From Thraustochytrium aureum (taxonomy: Eukaryota), in assembly GCA_012862495.1 (NCBI GenBank), contig BLSG01000240.1, positions 96,893 through 143,082 on the forward strand: 46,190 nucleotides of DNA. The letters are read 5' to 3'. This document shows positions 11,410 to 23,333 of the stretch, piece by piece (position 1 is the stretch's first letter; every line of letters begins with the position of its first letter). Position numbers and translations under genes: made by a program. The notes below the pieces were generated by a model. The model made no database searches and had not been told where the DNA came from. It worked only from the letters and a program-made list of their open reading frames with translations.

Positions 11410-11810
11410 CCCGAGACGCCGGCCTGCGTCGTCAGGTCGTGCGCCAACTCCGGCGCCAAAAGGGCCGTGAGCGAGCCCGCAGGTCCAGCAGCCAGGGCTC
11501 CCTTGTGCCCTCCGGAGCCAGCCAGCACGCCGGCCAGCACGCCAGGCAGTACGCAAGCAGTCGGCCGGCAGCCAGCCCGTCGCAGTGCAGGCGCTGCGCC
11601 TTTGCCGACACCGCGACCACGAACACAGCGAACACTGGCCGACGTGAATGCTGGAGCAGAGCCCGAGCAGCAGTCTGGAATCGCGCCGGCCCGGGGGCGC
11701 AGCGGGGCTAGGTAGCTTGGCGTGCGGGGCCGGCTCTGGGCCGTCGTCGCCAGCGCACCCACCCGGGCGAGCGCGCGCTGGGGCGTCCGGTGGCCGGCGA
11801 CTCGCGTGGG

Positions 11811-13595
11811 ATGGACGCGCTGGAGGAGCACGTGGTCTTGCGGGTGCCAGAGGAGCTCGCCGACCGCGTTCAAAAGGTGGTCAAGCCGCCCGCGGGCGCA
11901 GCCGCAGAGGAGATTGAGATACTGGAGGACGGCGAGTCGAAGCGCGAGCTGATATTCCGGATTGGGGACGACAGGTTCTATGCGACGCTGCGCGACTTGC
12001 CCACACACGTCGAGACGCTGAAAACGAAGAAGAGCCAGGACTCTGGAGTGTACTACAAGAGCGCAGATGTGGCGCAAGTCCTCGAAGTTAGCAGCGTGCG
12101 CGTCGGGAGCAAGCCGCGGCCGAGCGTCCCGTTCGAGATGGACGACGGCCTGACGCCTGCGATGCGGTCAGCGCGCTCGCAGCGGTTCAAGCGACTCGAC
12201 CGCAGCGTAAAGCACGGCCTCCCGCAAGGCAAAGACGAGGCGCAGGCGCGATCTGCGCTGGTGCGCAAGATGGACGCCGAGCTGTATGAAATTGTGGACA
12301 ATCTGTCCAAGCAGTCGGACATGTTTGTCCACGAAGAGCTCGTCGAAATGGAGCCGTACATGGCGTACTGGGGCCAGCGGACAGTCCTGCGCCAAGGGAC
12401 GGACAACTTTCTCAGCGACGCGCGCCAGGCGTATGACTATGCATACGTGCAATATGAGGAGAAGATGAAACGGTCCGCGGTGGCGTCTCGGCCGTCGCAG
12501 CCCACGGCCACGTCAACAAATGCGAGGCCCTCGATCCAGATGATCGACGCCGATCAAGTCACAACTTCGGGGAAAGCCAAGAAGAAGTCTACAACGCCGA
12601 CGCCGTCCCCCGCACCGCACCTCCCGCCACCGCCGCCGCCGCCTCCTGCTGCAGGAGGGAACGTGTCCAAGCCGTCGACACCGATGGGTTCTCTCGAACG
12701 CCTGAAGGAGGCTGCAAAGGCCAAGANNNNNNNNNNNNNNNNNNNNNNNNNNNNNNNNNNNNNNNNNNNNNNNNNNNNNNNNNNNNNNNNNNNNNNNNNN
12801 NNNNNNNNNNNNNNNNNNNNNNNNNNNNNNNNNNNNNNNNNNNNNNNNNNNNNNNNNNNNNNNNNNNNNNNNNNNNNNNNNNNNNNNNNNNNNNNNNNNN
12901 NNNNNNNNNNNNNNNNNNNNNNNNNNNNNNNNNNNNNNNNNNNNNNNNNNNNNNNNNNNNNNNNNNNNNNNNNNNNNNNNNNNNNNNNNNNNNNNNNNNN
13001 NNNNNNNNNNNNNNNNNCGTTCTCCTCAAGTCAGGGCCCGACGAAAGTCTCAACACCCGCGGCGGGACCGGGGCCTGCCCCATCTCCGGCGCAGTCTGTT
13101 GTCGCCTCGCCTGCTGCCTCGCCTGCGGCTTCAGGGGCGGCAGGGTCAGTCGTCTCGGATGCAAACACGGACGGGTCTGGGCCGACACCGCCAGCGTCGC
13201 TGCTGCCGGGCTTTGCAGGCCAAACGCCTGGCGCAGCGACGCCCGGGCAAACGCCAGGGGCAACGACGCCTGGCGTCCCACAGCCTTCGCCCTCGCCCTC
13301 GCCGTCAGCCTCGCCTGGCGCAGATGGCGCCGCGCTGGACCCCGAGTTGGTCGAGCTGTTGCAGAAGCGGCGCGAGGTACATGCAAAGTTGGTACTTGCA
13401 ACGAAGGCGTACACCGAAGAAGTCACAAAGTGGCGCGCCCTCGCCAACGCGATGCTGAAAAAGCGCCTCGAGGCGAAGGTAAAGTCCCTCAAGGGGGATG
13501 TCGACAAGTTGAGCGCCGAGTTCAAGGCGCTCAAAGAGGAGGTCGACGCGAAGCGACGGGCCAAAGCAGAAGCAGCGGGCAACCCGCCGCCGTAG
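11811..13595 (+). CDS. TAF7: TFIID subunit 7 (TAFII55 N-terminal domain, Pro-rich middle, C-terminal coiled coil); spans N-gap
   Basis: EEHVVLRVP, ATLRDLPTHVETLKT, YYKSADVAQVL, GLTPAMRSARSQRF; C-terminal NAMLKKRLEAKVKSLK resembles the fungal Taf7 end. Confidence 0.88.
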   Translation: MDALEEHVVLRVPEELADRVQKVVKPPAGAAAEEIEILEDGESKRELIFRIGDDRFYATLRDLPTHVETLKTKKSQDSGVYYKSADVAQVLEVSSVRVGSKPRPSVPFEMDDGLTPAMRSARSQRFKRLDRSVKHGLPQGKDEAQARSALVRKMDAELYEIVDNLSKQSDMFVHEELVEMEPYMAYWGQRTVLRQGTDNFLSDARQAYDYAYVQYEEKMKRSAVASRPSQPTATSTNARPSIQMIDADQVTTSGKAKKKSTTPTPSPAPHLPPPPPPPPAAGGNVSKPSTPMGSLERLKEAAKAKXXXXXXXXXXXXXXXXXXXXXXXXXXXXXXXXXXXXXXXXXXXXXXXXXXXXXXXXXXXXXXXXXXXXXXXXXXXXXXXXXXXXXXXXXXXXXXXXXXFSSSQGPTKVSTPAAGPGPAPSPAQSVVASPAASPAASGAAGSVVSDANTDGSGPTPPASLLPGFAGQTPGAATPGQTPGATTPGVPQPSPSPSPSASPGADGAALDPELVELLQKRREVHAKLVLATKAYTEEVTKWRALANAMLKKRLEAKVKSLKGDVDKLSAEFKALKEEVDAKRRAKAEAAGNPPP

Positions 13596-13758
13596 GTTGA
13601 ACCGATGCGAAGTGCTGCGAACGCGCGGGTTTGAACGACGATGCTCGTCCACAGTTTCAAGCACAAGGCGCGCCCCACGGTAAAGACAAGGTAGGGAAAG
13701 GAACGGAAAGGAAAAGAAACTCGATTGGCCAGAATCGCTCGCCGTGCCTCGACTCGGT

Positions 13759-14846
<1,088 letters not shown>

Positions 14847-14917
14847 CTGCACGGTTTCAGAGCGGCCGGGCCTTGCGTCAGTGCTAGAGCGCAGGGGGGG
14901 GGGAGGCGGGGCGACCT
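14847..14917 (-). other. 3' part of a spliceosomal intron in RUVBL1
   Basis: The minus strand has branch-like CACTGAC (14883-14877) and acceptor CAG ending at 14847, exactly where RUVBL1 homology (C-P-M-V-G-S) starts. Confidence 0.75.
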
Positions 14918-15543
14918 NNNNNNNNNNNNNNNNNNNNNNNNNNNNNNNNNNNNNNNNNNNNNNNNNNNNNNNNNNNNNNNNNNNNNNNNNNNNNNNNNNN
15001 NNNNNNNNNNNNNNNNNNNNNNNNNNNNNNNNNNNNNNNNNNNNNNNNNNNNNNNNNNNNNNNNNNNNNNNNNNNNNNNNNNNNNNNNNNNNNNNNNNNN
15101 NNNNNNNNNNNNNNNNNNNNNNNNNNNNNNNNNNNNNNNNNNNNNNNNNNNNNNNNNNNNNNNNNNNNNNNNNNNNNNNNNNNNNNNNNNNNNNNNNNNN
15201 NNNNNNNNNNNNNNNNNNNNNNNNNNNNNNNNNNNNNNNNNNNNNNNNNNNNNNNNNNNNNNNNNNNNNNNNNNNNNNNNNNNNNNNNNNNNNNNNNNNN
15301 NNNNNNNNNNNNNNNNNNNNNNNNNNNNNNNNNNNCCTGCCTGCCTGCCTTGGGCGGTCTCGTCAGGCGGTCTCGTCAGGAGCGGCTGGCCGACTTCCAA
15401 CCCTTGCTGCCTTGCTTCGTTCCTTTCTTCGCGGCTCTCGTTTGGCCAGATCCCGAGCAAACGACGCAGACCCCGCGACTTGATCCGACGCACACCTGGC
15501 GCGAGTCCGCCTGCCGCGCGAACGCCAACGCTCGCGCTGCCCG

Positions 15544-15577
<34 letters not shown>
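15544..15577. repeat. (CCTG)n microsatellite
   Basis: About 8 copies visible; the same motif abuts the gap at 15336. Confidence 0.95.
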
Positions 15578-15640
15578 TCCGCGCGCTCGATGCTGCTCTG
15601 CCGCTGCTGTTGTTCGCCTCTGCTGCTCGCTTTTGCGTGC

Positions 15641-15694
15641 CTTTTTGAGGCACTTTTTGAGGCACTTTTGAGGCACTTTTGGAGGCACTTTTTG
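15641..15694. repeat. 11-12 bp tandem repeat (TTTT(T/G)GAGGCAC) x~4
   Basis: ctttttgaggcac tttttgaggcac ttttgaggcac ttttggaggcac tttttg. Confidence 0.92.
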
Positions 15695-16034
15695 TGCTTG
15701 TGCGGCCCAACCGCCTCTGGGAACGGATGGGCTTGCCCTCTGGAGACGTCAGCGAACAGCACGTGTTCTATGTGAGCGAAACGGTGTTCTCTGGTCGTTT
15801 TGGGACGCGAACGGGCCGCGCTTCTCGAAGATGTACCGTCCACCAACCGCCGATGCGAGTGCACACCGCGTTCCGCAGCATTTGTTTGCCTGTCCTGTCT
15901 TGGCTCATCACCAGCGTCGCGAGACGCGAGACGCGAGAGCGTTTAGGTACTCAACAGCAGTCCGTGGTCGAGCTGGCGGCAGGGCGCTGTGGTGGGCGGT
16001 GCTGGCGCGCGCAACGCTGGACTACCCGGCCGCG

Positions 16035-16600
16035 ATGGCGGCGCGCGCCGAGCTGGAGGCCGCGTTTGCAAAGTACGTTCGCGTGAAGGACGAGTGCTCG
16101 CGCTCGGGCGACTGGAAGCCGTTCGCGAGCCTCTTCACGCAGGACTGCTATTACGTGGAGCATGCGTACGGCGAGTTTCGCGGGCGCGACGCGGTCGAGG
16201 CCTACATCACCAGCGTGATGGCGCCGGTAAGTGCAGTGCTGCCGGGCCGGGCAGACGTCGCGATCTGCGCCCCGGCGCTGACCATGGCGCGCCGTCGCGA
16301 TAGTTCCCCAACATGACCTTCCCGCAGGATTGGGCTGTTTTCGACTACGAGCGCAGAGCTGTCATTTTCCAAGTCCAGAACGCCTTCCCGCCGCCATACG
16401 CTGCGGACGGCAAGCCGTACTCGTTCCCAAACATTACCCGCATCGTGTACGGCGGCGACGACCTCTTCTGCGAAGAGCAAGACTGGTACAACCCTGCCTT
16501 CCAAGCCCCGCGGACCGCCAGGGCTTGGCGGCAGGCCGGCGGCCAATTCGCCTCCCCGGAGCGGCTGAAGATGAAGCACCGCAGCCAAGCCAACTTGTGA
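16035..16600 (+). CDS. SnoaL-like / NTF2-fold protein, 2 exons (16035-16226, 16304-16600), ~162 aa
   Basis: GDWKPFASLFTQDCYYVEHAYGEFRGRDAVEAYI...FP...NITRIVYGGDDLFCEEQDWYNP is a SnoaL_2-type pattern. Splicing joins the two ORFs in frame (VMAP|FPNM). Confidence 0.85.
16227..16303 (+). other. 77-nt spliceosomal intron
   Basis: Donor GTAAGT at 16227, branch GCTGAC at 16277-16282, acceptor TAG at 16301-16303; phase 0; removal restores the frame. Confidence 0.9.
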
Positions 16601-17479
16601 GCATTCTTTTCTCTGCGTCGAGCCAGCGGCTGGAACTCCAGCTCGAGACTGCAGCGATTTCTGGCGCGCCAGCTCTGCGCGGCCCTGGCCGCCGCGAAAC
16701 GAGTCCAGTTGTTTGGACGTCGCCGCTCAGACCAGAGCCGCAGCGCGCGCGCGCAAGGCCGTCCAGCAGCCTCGATCGCGGCGGCGCCGGTCAGGTCGCC
16801 GCATGGGGCGCCTCGCGCTTTTCCAGGCGCCTTGAGCGCTCGCCGTTCAACGTTTTCGCGCCAAGTCCCACCAAACCAAGCAAATCCGAGTCCATCCATC
16901 AATCATCAAAAAAAAAGATTCATTCAGAACAGAATTTTTCCGTTGCCGAGCGTCCATTCCACCCCAGTCCGAAAGTGCAAGTCAAGCGCCGAGCAGCGCA
17001 ACTTGCCAGAGGTCCGTGCGGCTAGCCCGCTCGGATTCCTTCAAAACGTTCCCGGGCGCCACAGGCCGGCCCGACGCCGCTCATCCTGGCCCGCCCGCCC
17101 GCCCGCCCGCCCGCCCTGCGCACGGCACGGAGGGCGCCACGCGAGATTGCACTTCCTCGACGCCACGATCACGCCCCACCTGCAACTCTCGCGCCGTTCA
17201 CGGGCGCGCACGCACCGCGTGACCAACAACCGCGCGACAACCATGTAGCGCCGTGGTGCAACGCAGCAACTCCACAATGCCACTTGGGGGCATCTTACGG
17301 CATTCAGTCTCGCAGCCAGACAGGTCCCTTTTTTCAATTCTTTCAATCAACTTCCTGCGCCGCGGCAGAGGGAGGGACGATGTTCGCGTCGCTCCGTGAA
17401 GGCCCAGCACAGCCGCGCGAGAGGAGGCCGGACAAGCGGACGGCGCGCCTCTCCACCAGAATTGAGCGAAATAGAACGA

Positions 17480-17729
17480 CAAAGAGAGAGGGAGCGCGCG
17501 AGAGAGAGAGAGATCCCTATTCCAGCGAGAGGCAAAAACTTGATTCTCTTCAAGCAAGCGGGCGAGAGGGACACAGGGGCACAGAAATACATATATATAT
17601 AGTGAGACGACACACAGTGGCACACAGAGGGAGACAGAGGGAGAGAAAAAGGGAAAAGAGAAAGAGAGAGCGTCGCAGCACAGCAGCAGCAGTGGCACTG
17701 GCAGACCCGCAACCTGCAGCAGCAGCAGC
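17480..17729. repeat. Low-complexity purine-rich tract with (GA)n, (AT)n and (CAG)n runs
   Basis: Directly visible; ends at an N-gap. Confidence 0.8.
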
Positions 17730-18634
17730 NNNNNNNNNNNNNNNNNNNNNNNNNNNNNNNNNNNNNNNNNNNNNNNNNNNNNNNNNNNNNNNNNNNNNNN
17801 NNNNNNNNNNNNNNNNNNNNNNNNNNNNNNNNNNNNNNNNNNNNNNNNNNNNNNNNNNNNNNNNNNNNNNNNNNNNNNNNNNNNNNNNNNNNNNNNNNNN
17901 NNNNNNNNNNNNNNNNNNNNNNNNNNNNNNNNNNNNNNNNNNNNNNNNNNNNNNNNNNNNNNNNNNNNNNNNNNNNNNNNNNNNNNNNNNNNNNNNNNNN
18001 NNNNNNNNNNNNNNNNNNNNNNNNNNNNNNNNNNNNNNNNNNNNNNNNNNNNNNNNNNNNNNNNNNNNNNNNNNNNNNNNNNNNNNNNNNNNNNNNNNNN
18101 NNNNNNNNNNNNNNNNNNNNNNNNNNNNNNNNNNNNNNNNNNNNNNNNNNNNNNNNNNNNNNNNNNNNNNNNNNNNNNNNNNNNNNNNNNNNNNNNNNNN
18201 NNNNNNNNNNNNNNNNNNNNNNNNNNNNNNNNNNNNNNNNNNNNNNNNNNNNNNNNNNNNNNNNNNNNNNNNNNNNNNNNNNNNNNNNNNNNNNNNNNNN
18301 NNNNNNNNNNNNNNNNNNNNNNNNNNNNNNNNNNNNNNNNNNNNNNNNNNNNNNNNNNNNNNNNNNNNNNNNNNNNNNNNNNNNNNNNNNNNNNNNNNNN
18401 NNNNNNNNNNNNNNNNNNNNNNNNNNNNNNNNNNNNNNNNNNNNNNNNNNNNNNNNNNNNNNNNNNNNNNNNNNNNNNNNNNNNNNNNNNNNNNNNNNNN
18501 NNNNNNNNNNNNNNNNNNNNNNNNNNNNNNNNNNNNNNNNNNNNNNNNNNNNNNNNNNNNNNNNNNNNNNNNNNNNNNNNNNNNNNNNNNNNNNNNNNNN
18601 NNNNNNNNNNNNNNNNNNNNNNNNNNNNNNNNNT

Positions 18635-19726
18635 CTCCGACACGGCGGCGCTCTCGGCCCGCCGAGCCGACTCGGGAAGCCAGCGCCAGCGCACGGCCTC
18701 CTGCCGTCTGGCGTTTGGCTGTCCGAGACGGACCCCGCGTTGTGGGTCGGCGAGCCCGTGCTGCTTGGCGCTGGCCTGCTTGAGGGTGAGGTCGCAATCG
18801 TGCAGCGCTCGGGAAACGGCTGGGTCCAGCTCAAGGTTCGCGACTCGGGCCACGACCTCGCGCAGCGCGCGCACGAGCTCATCGTTCCCGAGGGCTCGCC
18901 CCTGCTCTCGTCAGAAAGCCGAAGCAGAGCAGACCCACTGGCAGGGCTCGACATGGCAGGCGCCGCTGGGGCGCGCAGCGAGGCTGCTCCCGAGTCTCGC
19001 GGCTCCGGTGCCGGCAGTGCTGGCAGCGGCAGCGTTGATGACGACAACGACGACGGCGACGGAGACGGCGCGGAGGAGGGTGACGAGGACGGCGCCAGCG
19101 GGAGCGGAAACGGAAACGGAAACGGAGGCCGCGGCAGCGGCGGCGGCAGACGCGAGGGCGGCGGCAGGGCCCAAGCAAAAGGCGGCGAGGAGGACAACCA
19201 CGACGACGAGGACGAAGATGACGAGGAGGAAAATGAGAACGACCAGGGCGAGGAGAACGATGGCAAAGGGGAGAACGCCAGAGGCGCCAAGGCCGCCGGA
19301 AACCGTCGATTGTCGCGGCGCCCGTCAACCCGCAAACGCGGCCTGGGCGCTTCTGCTGCGAACGAGGACGACGCAGCCTCTGAGCTTTCAGAAACGCCGG
19401 GGACGGTCCGCGAGCGGCGCGCACGCAAACCCAAGCAGGCGGCCGGGCCGCGGGGCCCGCTCGCGGATCGGGATGTGATTATTACAAGCGGGGTGTACAG
19501 CGGCCTGGTTGGCACTATTGTGAACGGAAACGGGTACTTTTACATCCTCGTGCATGCGGAGCAACGGCAAGTGCGCAAGAAGCGCGACCAGTTCCAGGTG
19601 CTCGAGCCCATCAACGACCTGTTCGCCTCAGTCTCCCGGAAGAGCGTCAAAAGCGACTTTGACAAGTGGGCCAAGGCCAAGGTGACTGTGGGCGGCGACC
19701 AGCGCGAGGTCACGCTCTTGTCGTAA
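18635..19726 (+). CDS. Partial protein with two KOW/SH3-like beta modules separated by an acidic Gly-rich linker; function unknown
   Basis: Open frame from the gap edge. Modules WVGEPVLLGAGLLEGEVAIVQRSGNGWVQL...AQRAHEL and RDVIITSGVYSGLVGTIVNGNGYFYIL...VRKKRDQF fit the KOW pattern V-x-I-x-x-G-x-Y-x-G-x-x-G-x-V. Basic NLS-like RKR is present. Confidence 0.6.
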   Translation, partial: LRHGGALGPPSRLGKPAPAHGLLPSGVWLSETDPALWVGEPVLLGAGLLEGEVAIVQRSGNGWVQLKVRDSGHDLAQRAHELIVPEGSPLLSSESRSRADPLAGLDMAGAAGARSEAAPESRGSGAGSAGSGSVDDDNDDGDGDGAEEGDEDGASGSGNGNGNGGRGSGGGRREGGGRAQAKGGEEDNHDDEDEDDEEENENDQGEENDGKGENARGAKAAGNRRLSRRPSTRKRGLGASAANEDDAASELSETPGTVRERRARKPKQAAGPRGPLADRDVIITSGVYSGLVGTIVNGNGYFYILVHAEQRQVRKKRDQFQVLEPINDLFASVSRKSVKSDFDKWAKAKVTVGGDQREVTLLS

Positions 19727-20718
19727 CCCCCAGCACTTCGCCTTNNNNNNNNNNNNNNNNNNNNNNNNNNNNNNNNNNNNNNNNNNNNNNNNNNNNNNNN
19801 NNNNNNNNNNNNNNNNNNNNNNNNNNNNNNNNNNNNNNNNNNNNNNNNNNNNNNNNNNNNNNNNNNNNNNNNNNNNNNNNNNNNNNNNNNNNNNNNNNNN
19901 NNNNNNNNNNNNNNNNNNNNNNNNNNNNNNNNNNNNNNNNNNNNNNNNNNNNNNNNNNNNNNNNNNNNNNNNNNNNNNNNNNNNNNNNNNNNNNNNNNNN
20001 NNNNNNNNNNNNNNNNNNNNNNNNNNNNNNNNNNNNNNNNNNNNNNNNNNNNNNNNNNNNNNNNNNNNNNNNNNNNNNNNNNNNNNNNNNNNNNNNNNNN
20101 NNNNNNNNNNNNNNNNNNNNNNNNNNNNNNNNNNNNNNNNNNNNNNNNNNNNNNNNNNNNNNNNNNNNNNNNNNNNNNNNNNNNNNNNNNNNNNNNNNNN
20201 NNNNNNNNNNNNNNNNNNNNNNNNNNNNNNNNNNNNNNNNNNNNNNNNNNNNNNNNNNNNNNNNNNNNNNNNNNNNNNNNNNNNNNNNNNNNNNNNNNNN
20301 NNNNNNNNNNNNNNNNNNNNNNNNNNNNNNNNNNNNNNNNNNNNNNNNNNNNNNNNNNNNNNNNNNNNNNNNNNNNNNNNNNNNNNNNNNNNNNNNNNNN
20401 NNNNNNNNNNNNNNNNNNNNNNNNNNNNNNNNNNNNNNNNNNNNNNNNNNNNNNNNNNNNNNNNNNNNNNNNNNNNNNNNNNNNNNNNNNNNNNNNNNNN
20501 NNNNNNNNNNNNNNNNNNNNNNNNNNNNNNNNNNNNNNNNNNNNNNNNNNNNNNNNNNNNNNNNNNNNNNNNNNNNNNNNNNNNNNNNNNNNNNNNNNNN
20601 NNNNNNNNNNNNNNNNNNNNNNNNNNNNNNNNNNNNNNNNNNNNNNNNNNNNNNNNNNNNNNNNNNNNNNNNNNNNNNNNNNNNNNNNNNNNNNNNNNNN
20701 NNNNNNNNNNNNNNNNNN

Positions 20719-22148
20719 TGGAACGACGAACTCGCTCGGCCCTTCTTCGAGTCTGCTGCAAAACGGCGCCGCCGCGGCGACTCGCCTCTCCGCAAATTCG
20801 GCAGCACGGACGACGACAACGACGAGGAGGATGAGGACATGGAAAAGGAGGAGCAGACTGGCGTCGAAGTGCGTCAGGTCAAACAGGAAGACAAAGGAGA
20901 CAATGGCGCAGAGATGCAAAAGGCCCCCTTCCCGTACAAGCGCCGACGCGCGAGCGAGATATCAGGCGATACCCCGCTCGTTGACGAGAGCGACAGCGGT
21001 GTCAGTGACGACGACGATAGCGACCTCCTTGGCATAGATTTTCGCTGGCGCTCATGGGAAGAGCGCCGTGAAGCAGACAAAGCCGCGGAGGCGGCGCATC
21101 CCACCATCGGGGCTGCAGGCACGCTGATGTCCTTTGGTGTCAACGAGGTTGGCCCTGCGGAGATCGAAAAGATAGCGCATGAGCGCTCTGCGATCCTCAA
21201 GCAAGTGAACGCGTCGCTGGAAAAGAAACTCAAAGAAGAGGCCGCAGCTGAGCAGGCGGCGCGATCTGCGATGCGTGTCACCGACAAGGTGAACGAGCCG
21301 CATTTTGACGCCCCTCGTCCTGCTCCGGCGGGTTCGATGTTGCAACGGACGAATTCGAGTGTTTCGTCCACCTCAAGCCAAAGCCAGCAAAAGTCGCTCA
21401 AGCCCAGCGCCTCTGGACCAACCTCGGGCCAAGCCAAAAATGGCAAGCCTCGAGCGCAAGCGCCCTCGGGCCAGCAACAGGTCGGGGCCCTGCAGCAGCA
21501 GCAGCAGCAGCAGCGCAAACTGTACCCTCAGAGCCAACAGTCACAGCCGCCTCCGCCGCCGCCGCCGTCGCAGCATCCGCATCAAGGTTTACACCAGGCA
21601 GGCCAGCGCGGCGGTCAAGGGCAAATGCACATGCTCCAAGGCCAGCACCAGCAGCAACAGCAGCAACAACAACAGATCGGGATGCAGCAGCACATGCAGC
21701 GCATGGTTGCGGGTGACTACAGAGCGCACATGATGGGTGGCAATATGCAACAGCAGCAGAAGCAGCAGCAACAGCAAGGCCGCCAAATGCACCAGCACGG
21801 GCACCCTCAAGGCCAAGGTCAAATCGGCTCGATGCAGTACGTCATGGGCGGGATGCCCCCTGGTTCCATGCATCAACAGCCGCCGCCGCAGCAGCAGCAG
21901 CAGCAGCTTGTTGACCACCCGGCCGCGTCAGCGGCAAAGCCGTTGCCGAAGAAGCAGCGCGCCAAGCCGAAGAAGAAGGCCAAGCCGCCTGCAAAGCCGG
22001 CGGCAAAACCCCCCAAACAGCAACTCGGGCCTCCTGGCCCGAAACCTGCAAGTGCGGCCAAGTCTCAACAGCAAGCACAGCACGCGCCAATGGTTGGGCG
22101 GTTTCAAGTGAACGGTCTGGGGGGCAGCAACGGCACGGGGCCCTGGGG
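20719..22148 (+). CDS. Partial acidic / poly-Gln, Pro-, Lys-rich low-complexity protein segment; possibly the continuation of the KOW-like gene
   Basis: 1.4-kb open frame between two gaps, with KRRR NLS-like motifs, acidic tracts and several mixed CAG/CAA poly-Q runs. Confidence 0.65.
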
Positions 22149-23333
22149 NNNNNNNNNNNNNNNNNNNNNNNNNNNNNNNNNNNNNNNNNNNNNNNNNNNN
22201 NNNNNNNNNNNNNNNNNNNNNNNNNNNNNNNNNNNNNNNNNNNNNNNNNNNNNNNNNNNNNNNNNNNNNNNNNNNNNNNNNNNNNNNNNNNNNNNNNNNN
22301 NNNNNNNNNNNNNNNNNNNNNNNNNNNNNNNNNNNNNNNNNNNNNNNNNNNNNNNNNNNNNNNNNNNNNNNNNNNNNNNNNNNNNNNNNNNNNNNNNNNN
22401 NNNNNNNNNNNNNNNNNNNNNNNNNNNNNNNNNNNNNNNNNNNNNNNNNNNNNNNNNNNNNNNNNNNNNNNNNNNNNNNNNNNNNNNNNNNNNNNNNNNN
22501 NNNNNNNNNNNNNNNNNNNNNNNNNNNNNNNNNNNNNNNNNNNNNNNNNNNNNNNNNNNNNNNNNNNNNNNNNNNNNNNNNNNNNNNNNNNNNNNNNNNN
22601 NNNNNNNNNNNNNNNNNNNNNNNNNNNNNNNNNNNNNNNNNNNNNNNNNNNNNNNNNNNNNNNNNNNNNNNNNNNNNNNNNNNNNNNNNNNNNNNNNNNN
22701 NNNNNNNNNNNNNNNNNNNNNNNNNNNNNNNNNNNNNNNNNNNNNNNNNNNNNNNNNNNNNNNNNNNNNNNNNNNNNNNNNNNNNNNNNNNNNNNNNNNN
22801 NNNNNNNNNNNNNNNNNNNNNNNNNNNNNNNNNNNNNNNNNNNNNNNNNNNNNNNNNNNNNNNNNNNNNNNNNNNNNNNNNNNNNNNNNNNNNNNNNNNN
22901 NNNNNNNNNNNNNNNNNNNNNNNNNNNNNNNNNNNNNNNNNNNNNNNNNNNNNNNNNNNNNNNNNNNNNNNNNNNNNNNNNNNNNNNNNNNNNNNNNNNN
23001 NNNNNNNNNNNNNNNNNNNNNNNNNNNNNNNNNNNNNNNNNNNNNNNNNNNNNNNNNNNNNNNNNNNNNNNNNNNNNNNNNNNNNNNNNNNNNNNNNNNN
23101 NNNNNNNNNNNGTGGCCAACGAACGCGCAACGCTGCTGGAGGACACGGGGACGCCGAAGACACGCGGCCGCGAAGAGAGCTGTGAGCGCGCTGGCAGGCG
23201 AAAGGCAGCGTTGGCTGCGGAAGGGCCGCGAGGCGAGTCGTCGAGGCGAAAGGCGCAGACTGGGTGAGGACCCCTCTCGTTCGCGGCGTGCTGCCGGCTG
23301 ATTGGCAAGCAAGCGCACGCGCGCTGGGACGAG

